DNA from: Ilumatobacteraceae bacterium
GTDB taxonomy: Bacteria > Actinomycetota > Acidimicrobiia > Acidimicrobiales > Ilumatobacteraceae
Direction: 5' to 3'
NCBI GenBank assembly: GCA_040263235.1
Contig: JBDQKN010000001.1
Coordinates: forward strand, 1-54,205
DNA length: 54,205 nt
The notes under the pieces were generated by a model. The model made no database searches, was not told the origin of the DNA, and saw only the letters and a list, made by a program, of their open reading frames with translations. Positions 9,078 to 18,855 of the stretch are shown one piece after another; positions within the stretch are counted from its first letter, which is position 1, and each line of letters opens with the position of its first letter. The translations under genes were made by a program, and so were the position numbers.

Positions 9078-10124
9078 TCAGCCCAGAATCTGCCGCAGTG
9101 CCTCGACCGTTGCCACTGGGTCACCGCCAACAGGGGTGACGGATAGGTGGGTGACACCTGCCTCGCGGTATGCAGCCAGTCGCTCACGGATCTCTCCGGC
9201 CGGGCCAACGAGATTGGTACGTTCGAGCATCTGGGACGGAACCGCAGCAGCCGCTCCGTCCTTGTCGCCGGACAAATACCGATCTTGGATCTCGATGGCC
9301 TCGTCGACGTAGCCGTACTTTCGGCAAATCGTGTTGGAGAAGTTCGTGTCTCGGGCACCCATACCACCGACGTAGAGAGCAACGTTTGGTCGAGCCATGT
9401 CGAGGATCTGCTGACGTCGTTCGCCAACGAACTCGTCGCCGATTGCGACCATTCCACCGGCTGAGATCTGAAGCCGATCCAAGTTTGAGTCCCGTTGCGC
9501 TGTTCCCGCCTTCAATTCGTCGCCCCACACGTCGTGGAATTTCTCAGGATCAAAGAAGATCGGTAGCCAACCATCTGCGTATTGAGCAGTCGCCGTGACT
9601 GAGAGCCCCATCAGCGAGGCCCAGAAAATGGGGATATCGCTCCTGACCGGATGGTTGATGAGTTTGAGGGCCTTACCGAGGCCAGTTCCCTCCCCTTCCG
9701 GTAGCGGAATCTGAACCGTCGGACCGTCATAGACAACGGGCTCACGGCGCCACACCATCCGACAGACGTTGATGTAGTCGCGAATTCGAGCCATCGGCTT
9801 CTCGTAGGGCTCACCGTGGAAGCCTTCAATGACCTGCGGGCCCGAGGCGCCAAGTCCTAGAACAAAGCGACCTCCACTTACATAATCAAGACCCGCTGCC
9901 GTCTGCGCTACGCACGTGGCAGTTCGCGAGTACACGTTGATGATTCCGGTACCGATCTGGATCGTCGATGTTCGAGCCGCAAGAAAGCCGAGCTGACTGA
10001 TCGCATCAAAACTGTAGGCCTCTGGAACCCAGACCAGGTCGAGTCCGGCAGCTTCGAGCTCGCGAACACGTTCCACGTCGGCATGAAAGTCGCCTGAATA
10101 GCTGATCATCATTGAGAGCTTCAC
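9078..10124 (-). CDS. LLM-class (luciferase-like) F420-dependent oxidoreductase
   Basis: MKLSMMISYSG...AGLDLVWVPEAYSFDAISQLGFLAARTSTIQIGTGIINVYSRT. Typical LLM/F420 family N-terminus; 348 aa. Confidence 0.85.
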   Translation of the reverse strand: MKLSMMISYSGDFHADVERVRELEAAGLDLVWVPEAYSFDAISQLGFLAARTSTIQIGTGIINVYSRTATCVAQTAAGLDYVSGGRFVLGLGASGPQVIEGFHGEPYEKPMARIRDYINVCRMVWRREPVVYDGPTVQIPLPEGEGTGLGKALKLINHPVRSDIPIFWASLMGLSVTATAQYADGWLPIFFDPEKFHDVWGDELKAGTAQRDSNLDRLQISAGGMVAIGDEFVGERRQQILDMARPNVALYVGGMGARDTNFSNTICRKYGYVDEAIEIQDRYLSGDKDGAAAAVPSQMLERTNLVGPAGEIRERLAAYREAGVTHLSVTPVGGDPVATVEALRQILG

Positions 10125-10196
10125 GTTGGCAGGCTAATTCCAATCGCCGCAGTGGCCGAAGTCCTACTCCGACGCCGTCAGCACCCAATTCGTTTG

Positions 10197-10967
10197 TCAG
10201 CCCCGCGGTGGTCGAGGAATGAACGAACTCGTCCGCGCGATGTAGGCCTCATAGTCGGGCTTGCGCCGTTTGAGGGACTTCTCAAGGAGGGCAACCCCTG
10301 AGACCCGCACCAGCAGCAGGTTCATCAATGCTGCTCCGATCAGCCCCCAACGAGCGTCAGGAAATGTCGACGCGGCGATTGCGATACCCCACCAGATACA
10401 CGCGTTTCCGAAATAGTTGGGATGACGGGTGTAGCGCCACAGCCCGGACTCCATCACCTTGCCCTCATTCGCCGGATCTGACTTGAACCGCGCAAGTTGG
10501 AAATCACCAACCGTCTCGAAGACCATGCCGACCATCCACAACACCACTCCAACCAGGGCCACAACACCAAGACCAGGATCGTCCGACCCGTGGACGAGGT
10601 GGACCGGGAGCGAAACCACCCACATGATCAGACCCTGAAAGGCAAAGACGGTTCCAAGGCTGATCAAACCAAAACGAGACCCCCATCGCTTGCGCATCGC
10701 CCGATAGCGAAAATCTTCTCCGTGCCCAATGTTGCGCCACCCGAGATACGCAGTGAGTCGCAATCCCCACGCAATCGCCATCAGAGAGACGAGCACAACC
10801 AGAGAATTCGAGGACCCCTTCGAGACCCACAGGACAGCCGCAACAAGGGCAAAGCCAAGTCCCCAGGTGATGTCCACGATCGAGGCGTTGCGTATCGCCA
10901 GACTGACAAGCCAAGTAGACAGCATCAGCCCAACGATCACGATTGCAGCTAGCAACGAACTGTTCAT
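10197..10967 (-). CDS. DUF1295 / steroid-5-alpha-reductase- or ICMT-like membrane protein
   Basis: ORF 10197..11015. I take the start at MNSSLLAAIV (10967), whose ATG overlaps the upstream stop (ATGA at 10964..10967). Polytopic membrane protein with WRYTRHPNYFGN near the C-terminus. Confidence 0.75.
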   Translation of the reverse strand: MNSSLLAAIVIVGLMLSTWLVSLAIRNASIVDITWGLGFALVAAVLWVSKGSSNSLVVLVSLMAIAWGLRLTAYLGWRNIGHGEDFRYRAMRKRWGSRFGLISLGTVFAFQGLIMWVVSLPVHLVHGSDDPGLGVVALVGVVLWMVGMVFETVGDFQLARFKSDPANEGKVMESGLWRYTRHPNYFGNACIWWGIAIAASTFPDARWGLIGAALMNLLLVRVSGVALLEKSLKRRKPDYEAYIARTSSFIPRPPRG

Positions 10968-11953
10968 GATCCCTCTCCTAGCGCGAGCGCAATCTCCCCG
11001 TCCATTCGGGCCCATTGCTCATCGAGCCACGGGACCACATCGACGGGCACCTCAGAACGCTGCACCCTTCTCATCACGAAGCGACCCGGGTCTCCCCCAT
11101 GTCGCAGCATCGACAGGATTCCGGAGAATGTGTCGAGCCCGTCAAAGCCTGTGTGCCACGCGAAGACGAGGTCGGCATCCGGGGCTCCCTCCATCAGCGC
11201 CAACGCGCCAGATGGCCGTATTGGGAGCAGTCGCCTGAGATCTCCTACTCGAGGGACTCGGTCCGGGTCGCGTTGTGAGATCGACTCGATGGCACGCTGA
11301 CGCTTCGCTTCTGATGACCGAGTGCCCTCAGGGAAAATAACGGCCACTGATCGCTCGTCAAGGTCGCTCGAGAGCGAACGCAGCGCCACGAGGTCTGACG
11401 CTGAGTCCGCGGCTCCGCGGTCTACGAAATGGTTGGGAACGCGAAGTCCGACCACGTCCAGACACGGATCGAGAATGAGCTCCTTCTTCAGGACATAGCG
11501 AGTCCAAAGACCAGCATTCGTGCACATCACCCAAGCGGAAACGAGCGAATCAGCAAGGCTCGCATGACGACACAACACAATCAGTCGACCTCCCTCAAGT
11601 GCCTCTTCCCCCTCGACCTTCATCGACAACCTGAGAGACCGCGACATGAACCCCATCAGACGTCCGGCCCACCATCCCATGAGGCGATAGTGGAGAGCAT
11701 GGTTCCTCCCCTGGCCCGTGAGCCACAGGCCAAACGCGCCGAGAACGCCAGCGCATTCGATGAGGCACCATGCCCAGCCAAAGAGGGCCAACCGGGTGTA
11801 GGGCCGTTGCCGAGGGGCGGTTAGCAGGTCGACCACGAGGAGCAGGGAAATCCAGATCGGGGCGGAAATCGTCGCAACGCAGGTGACAACCACAAGTGCA
11901 GACACCGTGCCCGCTCGCCGTCGGAGCCGGTTCATCATCTGCCGATATCTCAT
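10964..11953 (-). CDS. lysophospholipid / 1-acyl-glycerol-3-phosphate acyltransferase family protein (PlsC-like)
   Basis: N-terminal TM segments, an H-x4-D box (CRHASLADSL) and FPEGTRS, which are acyltransferase motifs I and III. ATGA overlaps at both ends (11950..11953 and 10964..10967). Confidence 0.8.
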   Translation of the reverse strand: MRYRQMMNRLRRRAGTVSALVVVTCVATISAPIWISLLLVVDLLTAPRQRPYTRLALFGWAWCLIECAGVLGAFGLWLTGQGRNHALHYRLMGWWAGRLMGFMSRSLRLSMKVEGEEALEGGRLIVLCRHASLADSLVSAWVMCTNAGLWTRYVLKKELILDPCLDVVGLRVPNHFVDRGAADSASDLVALRSLSSDLDERSVAVIFPEGTRSSEAKRQRAIESISQRDPDRVPRVGDLRRLLPIRPSGALALMEGAPDADLVFAWHTGFDGLDTFSGILSMLRHGGDPGRFVMRRVQRSEVPVDVVPWLDEQWARMDGEIALALGEGS

Positions 11954-12783
11954 TTTGGACGCACCGGATTCATCGACCCACTCCGAAATCCACCGAGGTC
12001 AAGAGTCACATACCGGTAGCCAAGTCCCTGCAGAGCATCCTCAATCGAAGAACGCATCTCAAGGAGTGCGCCCATCGCAGACGGTTCAACCTCAATTCTG
12101 GCGATGTCGCCATGATCACGGACACGGACCTGTCCAAGATGGAGAGCATGCAAGACCTCCTCGGCTCTCTCCACCCGTCGGAGAAGTCGGATTGACACCT
12201 CCGTCCCATGGGGAATCCGACTCGCCAGACATGCTGCCGCCGGCTTGTCCCACGTCCGTAGCCCAATCATCTGAGAAGCCGCCCGCACCATCTGTTTGTC
12301 AATCCCAAGCTCCACATAGGGGAATCGAGCCCCAGCCATGCTCGCTGCTGCCTGCCCAGGTCGATGGTCGCCCAGGTCATCGGTGTTGACGCCGAGCACA
12401 ACCGTTCCAGCTGCAAGCGGGAGCAACGCATCCATGAGAGCGTCCTTGCAGTGCCGACAGCGGTCGGGGTCATTTTTTCGGTACGCAGCTTCCTCCATCT
12501 CAGAGGTTTCGACAGTCGACCAGTTGAGCCGCCATTCCACAGCCAAGCTCTGGCAGTCTTCGGCTTCACGACCAGCCAACGATGGCGATGCCGCCGTGAC
12601 GATCGATGCCCCCTCACCAAGGACAGAGTTCGCTACCCATGCCAAGAGAGCCGAATCTGCTCCGCCACTGAACGCGACCGTCACCGAACCTTCCTTGCGG
12701 AACCAATTCTCGAGTAGCGAGATGGCCTCGGCCACCATTACGGCAGGTGGGTCAGCGTCGATGAGCTGGTCGTGCGCCGTCAT
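11950..12783 (-). CDS. larE: LarE-type PP-loop ATP-dependent sulfur transferase (TIGR00268-like)
   Basis: PP-loop VAFSGGADSALL; ACLASRIPHG matches the Cys-bearing loop of LarE; C-terminal GYRYVTLDLGGFRSGSMN is nearly identical to the LarE C-terminal motif as I remember it. Confidence 0.8.
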   Translation of the reverse strand: MTAHDQLIDADPPAVMVAEAISLLENWFRKEGSVTVAFSGGADSALLAWVANSVLGEGASIVTAASPSLAGREAEDCQSLAVEWRLNWSTVETSEMEEAAYRKNDPDRCRHCKDALMDALLPLAAGTVVLGVNTDDLGDHRPGQAAASMAGARFPYVELGIDKQMVRAASQMIGLRTWDKPAAACLASRIPHGTEVSIRLLRRVERAEEVLHALHLGQVRVRDHGDIARIEVEPSAMGALLEMRSSIEDALQGLGYRYVTLDLGGFRSGSMNPVRPK

Positions 12784-12810
12784 CTTGACAGTGTGGCACG
12801 ACTAGCAGCG

Positions 12811-14649
12811 CTACTGGCCAGCCTGCCGACGGGTGTTGCGAATTCGTTCCTGGGGGTCGAGGAACACCTTTCGCAGCCGCACGGACTTCGGCGTCACTTC
12901 AACGCATTCGTCAGAGGCGATGAACTCGAGGGCCTGCTCCAGGGAAAGTTGTCGGGGTGGCGTCAGCTTCACCGTTTCGTCCGAGGATGATGCTCGCATG
13001 TTCGTCAACTTCTTTTCACGACAGATGTTGACGTCCATGTCATCAGCTCGAGAGTTCTCGCCGACGATCATCCCGCAGTACACCTCGGAACCGGGCGGCA
13101 ACATCATGGTGCAGCGTTCCTGGAGGTTGACCATGGCGTATGTGGTGGCGGGTCCGCTTCGGTCCGCGATGATCGAACCACGTTCACGGGGCCGGATCTC
13201 ACCCGCCCACGGCTCCTAGCCCTCAAAGACATGGGTGATCACTCCTGTGCCCCGCGTCTCGGTGAGGAACTCCGTCCGAAAGCCAATGAGTCCACGGGCG
13301 GGCACGAGGTAATCGAGTCGGACCCAGCCGAGTCCATGATTCGCCATGTTCTCCATGCGTCCACGACGAACCGCCAGAAGCTGCGTGACGGTGCCGAGGT
13401 GCTCCTCGGGAACGTCAACCGTCACCCGTTCAACCGGCTCGTGCCGACGGCCGTCGATCTCCCGGGTAACGACCTCTGGCTTCCCCACCGTCAACTCGAA
13501 GCCCTCTCGGCGCATCGTCTCGACGAGAACTGCGAGTTGCAGTTCTCCTCGAGCGAGCACCTCCCAGGTGTCAGGTCGATCGGTGTTGCGGACTCGCAGC
13601 GACACGTTGCCCACCAATTCTGCGTCGAGGCGATTCCTGACGAGTCGCGCAGTGAGACGGTTGCCTTCGCGACCGGCGAGCGGTGATGTGTTAATCCCGA
13701 TTGTCATCGAGAGCGCAGGCTCATCCACGACGATCACTGGCAGAGGACGAGGGTCGTCGATGTCAGCGAGGGTGTCACCAATGGTCACTTCCTCAAGTCC
13801 CGCAACCGCCACGAGGTCACCAGCACGGGCGCTCTGAACCGGATTCCGCACCAAGTGCTCGGTGAGGAGAAGTTCGGTCACCTTTGCCCGGGTCACACTT
13901 CCGTCTGCCCGGCACCACGCGATCTGTTGTCCGCGCGAAATCTCGCCCGAGACCACACGGCACAGCGCAAGACGTCCGAGATAGGCGTTCGAGTCGAGGT
14001 TTGTCACCCAAGCCTGCAGGGGCATCGAAGGGTCGTAAGACGGCGCTGGCACCGTCTGGAGGATCGTCTCAAAGAGCGGAGACAAGTCCTCTCCGGTGGT
14101 GTCAGCATCAAGGGACGCCCAGCCGTCACGACCTGAGCAGTACAGGATCGGAAACTCAACCTGCGAGTCGTCGGCATCGAGGTCGATGAACAGCTCGTAG
14201 ACCTCGTCGATGACCTCTGAGACACGAGCGTCCGGCCGATCGACCTTGTTGACCACCAAAATCACTGGAAGATGACGGCTGAGGGCCTTGCGAAGGACGA
14301 ACCTGGTCTGAGGCAGTGGCCCCTCAGCGGCGTCGACGAGAAGCACAATTCCGTCAACCATGGTCAATGCCCGTTCAACTTCTCCACCGAAATCTGCGTG
14401 GCCGGGAGTGTCGACGATGTTGAGACGTACACCGTCGCGCATCAACGACGTGTTCTTTGCGAGGATCGTGATCCCCTTCTCACGCTCGAGATCCATCGAG
14501 TCCATGACCCTCTCGGTCACTGCCTCATGAGCACTGAACGCGCCGCTCTGTCGGAGCATGGCATCGACCAGTGTGGTCTTTCCGTGATCGACGTGAGCGA
14601 CGATCGCTAGGTTGCGGATGTCGGAACGTCGGGTGAGGGTCTCAGGCAC
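12811..14649 (-). pseudogene. typA: translational GTPase TypA/BipA interrupted by one in-frame TAG (13216..13218)
   Basis: ORFs 13216..14649 (477 aa; [34 protein letters not shown]) and 12811..13134 are in the same frame. Hand translation across the gap gives ...[44 protein letters not shown]... Actinobacterial TypA has FDGYEPW here, so the TAG replaces a conserved Tyr codon. Total length is 613 codons, the normal BipA size. Confidence 0.85.
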
Positions 14650-14677
14650 GAATACCGGACGCTATCGGGCGAATCGA

Positions 14678-15322
14678 TCAGCGCTTCTCGCCCCACCGAT
14701 CGTAATGAATTGCCTGCTCGACCGGCCGGCGAGGTGCTCGACCAAACGAACCTGTCGGGTATCCAACAGGGACCAGTGCGGCGATTTCAAACCGTCCGTC
14801 TGGTGCGCCAATCGCCTGAAGGGCCTCGGCCTGCAACACCCGTATCACCGTGGTCAGCGTGGTTCCGAGCCCTAATGAGCGGGCAGCCACGCAAAAGTTC
14901 TGGACCGCCGGATACACACTTGCATCGAGTCTTCCGATATCGAGCGGACCGTCATCATCGATGCCACCCCATGGGATAATTGGTTGGAGGAACATGATGA
15001 GTACGGGGGCCTCGCTGATGTGCTCGGCCAGATGCCTGCTTGCGTTCCGAGTCCGGAGATACGACTCGAGTCGACTTCCGGTCATTCCTGCTGGCTCTGG
15101 CAGGGTTGCCTCGTAACGGTCATAGGCCCGCCGGTACACATCACCCACCAGCTCGCGCATCTGCTGATCGCGAATCACCACATACTGCTGGGGTTGAACG
15201 TTCCCGCCAGAGGGTGCCTGCTGCGCGGCTTCGAGGCAGAGCCTGATGTCGCTCTCGGTCACCTCGCGATCGCTCAATCTGCGCATCGCTCGAGTCGTCA
15301 TGAGTGCTTCGAGGGCGTCCAT
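14678..15322 (-). CDS. nitroreductase family protein
   Basis: 214 aa; MTTRAMRRLSDREV, APSGGNVQPQQYVVI. The start lies 3 nt after the stop of the upstream gene. Confidence 0.8.
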   Translation of the reverse strand: MDALEALMTTRAMRRLSDREVTESDIRLCLEAAQQAPSGGNVQPQQYVVIRDQQMRELVGDVYRRAYDRYEATLPEPAGMTGSRLESYLRTRNASRHLAEHISEAPVLIMFLQPIIPWGGIDDDGPLDIGRLDASVYPAVQNFCVAARSLGLGTTLTTVIRVLQAEALQAIGAPDGRFEIAALVPVGYPTGSFGRAPRRPVEQAIHYDRWGEKR

Positions 15323-15324
15323 AG

Positions 15325-16449
15325 CTAAATCATCCCATCGTCAAGTGGCAGTCCAACCAGATGTCGACCGAGACTCTCGTGCAGACGATCCGCAACCATG
15401 ATGTGCTGGTTCACGACATGCACGTCTCGTAAACAGCGTCCAAGATCACTGCTCTCGTACACCGCTGCCCCTCCAGCAATACTGAAGAGTGCGTCGACCA
15501 CGTTTTTGGATACAGCAGCGAGGTGAGCGGCTCCCGAGCGAAGCGCCACCCGTTCGGAGAGGCCCGGGCGAACACCTCGGAGAGTTAATTCCCACATCTG
15601 AGCGATCAGGTCCTCGAGGAATCTGCTGGCCGCGTCCAACTCCACCCGCCGGCGAGACATGCTGGCCTGAACCCCGGTGTGCTCCGCCAGAACTTTGCTC
15701 GAAAACTGCGGAGCCCTGGCACCGACAAGCGCGAGCACCTCGTCGAATGCGTGCTCCGCTATGCCAGCAGCGACAGCAGCGACAGATGAGGCAAGTAGCG
15801 CAAAATTTGGAAAGCGGCTGATCGGGTCTGTGGTGACGACCTCAGGACGAACCTGAGCAACACTGTGAGCGATGTCGACTGGCAGCCTGTTGACAGCGAA
15901 ATCAACCGAGCCGCTTCCACGCATTCCGACCGTATGCCAAGTGTCCTCGATCATCACGGCGCCAGCCGGAAGGACAAAGGTTCGTCTCTCCCCTTCGACA
16001 CCAACGGCCCCGGCAACGATGTAGTCGCAATGGTGAAGCCCACTGCCCCACTGCCACCGTCCGGTTAGGAGAGTCTCGTTCCCCACCGCCTCGAACCGAC
16101 CGTTCGGCGCGAAGACTCCGCCGAATGCCCTGCCAGAGCCGAAGGTTGCCATTGCGACCTCATCAGGGAGGAACCCTGCCAATGCACAGGTCGTCGACGA
16201 GATCATCGAGCACCAGCCCGCTGCACCATCGATCCGGGACACCGCCGAGATCGCCGCTACGACATCCATAGGCGTGATCCCGGGTCCGCCAAATTCTCGG
16301 GGCAGACAGAGCCGCAGAAGACCGCCAGCATCGAGTGCATCCACCGAGGCGGGCGGCAATCTCCGATCACGATCAGCGGCCGATGAGCCATCTCGGAGGA
16401 CGTCGGCAAGATCATCGTCTAATGGCCACTCATAACGTGTACTCGACAC
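15325..16449 (-). CDS. acyl-CoA dehydrogenase family protein (possibly a flavin-dependent monooxygenase type)
   Basis: 374 aa; LCLPREFGGPG, TGRWQWGSG and the C-terminal helical domain follow the ACAD-fold pattern. Ends in TAG, which shows TAG is an ordinary stop codon here. Confidence 0.8.
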   Translation of the reverse strand: MSSTRYEWPLDDDLADVLRDGSSAADRDRRLPPASVDALDAGGLLRLCLPREFGGPGITPMDVVAAISAVSRIDGAAGWCSMISSTTCALAGFLPDEVAMATFGSGRAFGGVFAPNGRFEAVGNETLLTGRWQWGSGLHHCDYIVAGAVGVEGERRTFVLPAGAVMIEDTWHTVGMRGSGSVDFAVNRLPVDIAHSVAQVRPEVVTTDPISRFPNFALLASSVAAVAAGIAEHAFDEVLALVGARAPQFSSKVLAEHTGVQASMSRRRVELDAASRFLEDLIAQMWELTLRGVRPGLSERVALRSGAAHLAAVSKNVVDALFSIAGGAAVYESSDLGRCLRDVHVVNQHIMVADRLHESLGRHLVGLPLDDGMI

Positions 16450-16465
16450 CTCATGAACATAGCCA

Positions 16466-18142
16466 GTGCCGTCGGCCGAATCGGACCCGACCCGCGGGGC
16501 TGGCTACCGTCGGGGTGTGACCACTGGATGGAACATCGCCGACATTTTCGATGAAATCGCACACGCGATTCCCGATGCTCCGGCCTTGTCTCATGGCAGC
16601 GAAAGCCGATCTTGGACCGAGATGTCGGCCCGAGCCTCCTCGGTGGCGGCGGTGATGTTGGCGTCGGGAGTTGGCGAGCAGGCCAAGGTCGCCCAGTACC
16701 TCTACAACTGTCCCGAGTACATCGAAAGTGTCTACGCCGCCTTCGGAGCGGGTCTGGCGGTCGTGAACACGAACTATCGATATGCCGCCGACGAATTGGT
16801 CTACCTGTGGGACAACGCCGATACGGAGATTGTGGTCTTCCACGGAGCATTCACCGATCGAGTGGATGAGATTCGCCTTCGCGTGCCCCGGGTCAAACTC
16901 TGGCTCAGGGTCGACGATGGCACCGCACCTCTACCGCAGTGGGCAACCGACTACGAGCAAGTAGCCACGGGTCTGCCGCAGGGACCGTCAAGAGGTTCTT
17001 GGGGGCGGTCGGGAGACCACCTCCTTCTGCTCTACACGGGCGGCACAACCGGAATGCCCAAGGGAGTCATGTGGCGTCAGGATGATCTGGTCGGGGCCCT
17101 CGACGCGTCGAATCGACGTCGGCTTCCCGAAGTCGCCGAGAGTGGTGCCGTCAGTGAACGCCTCAACGGTGCAGGTCCGCGCGGGTTGCCGGGTGCCCCG
17201 CTCATGCACGGCACGGGCTTCTTCAACGCTGTCTCGACGATGATGCTTGGGGGGTCGACTACCACTCTGACCGGCCGCCACTTTGACGTGATCGAGCTAC
17301 TCGACACCATTCAAGATCAGCACATCAACTCGATCTCGATCGTGGGCGACGCATTTGCTAAACCGATGCTCCGAGCCCTTGACGACGAACCCGGTCGATG
17401 GGATCTCTCCTCGTTGCGAGTAATCGTGTCCTCAGGAGTCATGTGGGCTCGCGAGACCAAGGAGGGACTGCTTCGACATAACCCTCGTTTGATCATGGTT
17501 GACACCCTTGGCTCAAGCGAGGCAATCGGTATGGCGAGCAATGTTTCCACGACCGCAACAATTGGCAACGGCTCTGAAACTGCCAGGTTTGCGCTTGGAC
17601 CGAATACCCGGGTCATCACCGAGGACGGGCACGATGTCACCCCGGGTTCGGGGGAGCGCGGACGTGTGGCTCTTCGAGGTCGGACACCTATTGGGTACTA
17701 CAAGGACCCGGAGAAGAGCGCAGCGACCTTCCAGCTCATTGAGGGCATTCGCTATTCGATTCCTGGAGATTGGGCCGAAGTGGCCGCCGATGGCACCGTG
17801 ATCCTCCTCGGGCGCGGAAGCCAGTGCATCAATACCGGTGGCGAGAAGGTCTATCCCGAAGAAGTTGAGGAAGCCATCAAGACGATGGACGGGGTCCTCG
17901 ACTGCGCGGTTGTCGGGGTCCCTGACGACCGGTTCGGTGAGGCGATCTGCGCGATTGTCGAGACATCGGGATCAGACGTTCCAGATGCGGATGCCGTGTC
18001 GACTCACGTTCGCCGCCATCTGGCCGGGTACAAGAGCCCACGCCACCTGATCCACGTGCCGACCATCGGTCGGGCGGTCAACGGGAAGCTCGACTACCGG
18101 GCCCTTCGACAACTGGCGCTTGATCAGCTTGATGCGTCCTGA
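16466..18142 (+). CDS. AMP-dependent acyl-CoA synthetase/ligase
   Basis: LLLYTGGTTGMPKGV (AMP motif I), YGSSE-like LGSSEA, GDWAEV, GGEKVYPEEVE, GKLDYR. The start is uncertain: ATG 16466 or GTG 16517 (VTTGWNIADIF). Confidence 0.85.
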   Translation: MPSAESDPTRGAGYRRGVTTGWNIADIFDEIAHAIPDAPALSHGSESRSWTEMSARASSVAAVMLASGVGEQAKVAQYLYNCPEYIESVYAAFGAGLAVVNTNYRYAADELVYLWDNADTEIVVFHGAFTDRVDEIRLRVPRVKLWLRVDDGTAPLPQWATDYEQVATGLPQGPSRGSWGRSGDHLLLLYTGGTTGMPKGVMWRQDDLVGALDASNRRRLPEVAESGAVSERLNGAGPRGLPGAPLMHGTGFFNAVSTMMLGGSTTTLTGRHFDVIELLDTIQDQHINSISIVGDAFAKPMLRALDDEPGRWDLSSLRVIVSSGVMWARETKEGLLRHNPRLIMVDTLGSSEAIGMASNVSTTATIGNGSETARFALGPNTRVITEDGHDVTPGSGERGRVALRGRTPIGYYKDPEKSAATFQLIEGIRYSIPGDWAEVAADGTVILLGRGSQCINTGGEKVYPEEVEEAIKTMDGVLDCAVVGVPDDRFGEAICAIVETSGSDVPDADAVSTHVRRHLAGYKSPRHLIHVPTIGRAVNGKLDYRALRQLALDQLDAS

Positions 18143-18842
18143 CCGGGAGTTGATCGACTGGTCGTCTGTCGACGGCGTGCTATTCGACCTCGACGGTGTG
18201 ATCACGCCTACCGCTGATCTGCATCGTCGCGCATGGGCCGAGACCTTCGCACAGTACGAATTCACCACTACCGACTACGAGACTTACGTCGATGGTCGAC
18301 CCCGGTTTGACGGTGTCGCGCACTTTCTCTCCTCACGCGGGGTGACGCTCCCCTGGGGACAAACCGATGATCCCCCGAGTTCGAACACCATCTGCGCCCT
18401 TGGCAACTCCAAGAATCAATTCTTCCTCGGCTTGCTTCAGCAAGGAGAGTTGGCCCCCTACCCCGACGCAATAGCGCTTCTCGATCACCTCGATGGCCTC
18501 GAGATCACCTATGGCTTGGTCAGCTCATCGAGGAACGCCCGTGCTGTATTGGACAGCGCAGGCCTTCTCACTCGGTTTGCCTGCATCGTCGACGGCGTCT
18601 CCGCCGAGCGCGACCAACTGCCGGGAAAACCGTCAGGAGCGACATACGTTCGAGGAGCTGAACTCATCGGTGTGACCCCGTCACGATGCGCGGTCGTCGA
18701 AGACGCCATCGCCGGGGTGCAGGCCGGCCTCGACGGACGATTCGGGTTGGTCATAGGGGTCGATCGCGGGTCCAATTCCCGGGCACTCAAAACCGCCGGA
18801 GCACACGTCGTTCTGAACGACCTGGCCAACTCGATCCGATGA
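18132..18842 (+). CDS. pgmB: beta-phosphoglucomutase family HAD hydrolase
   Basis: VLFDLDGVITPT (HAD motif I), GLVSSSRNA, VVEDAIAGVQAG. ATG 18132 overlaps the end of the ligase gene. Immediately upstream of a GH65 phosphorylase. Confidence 0.8.
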   Translation: MRPDRELIDWSSVDGVLFDLDGVITPTADLHRRAWAETFAQYEFTTTDYETYVDGRPRFDGVAHFLSSRGVTLPWGQTDDPPSSNTICALGNSKNQFFLGLLQQGELAPYPDAIALLDHLDGLEITYGLVSSSRNARAVLDSAGLLTRFACIVDGVSAERDQLPGKPSGATYVRGAELIGVTPSRCAVVEDAIAGVQAGLDGRFGLVIGVDRGSNSRALKTAGAHVVLNDLANSIR

Positions 18843-18855
18843 CAGACTGAGGATC

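Noticed and set aside
13216-13218. Pyrrolysine or a reassigned amber codon as the explanation for the typA TAG
   Set aside because: The position is a conserved Tyr in TypA, and TAG terminates at least one other well-supported gene here (15325..16449). There are no pyl genes in the window.
12811-14649. Treating 13216..14649 and 12811..13134 as two separate genes (a GTPase plus a small protein)
   Set aside because: They share a frame. The 81 nt between the TAG and the downstream ATG encode conserved TypA sequence, and the combined length equals a normal BipA. It is one gene with a single in-frame TAG.
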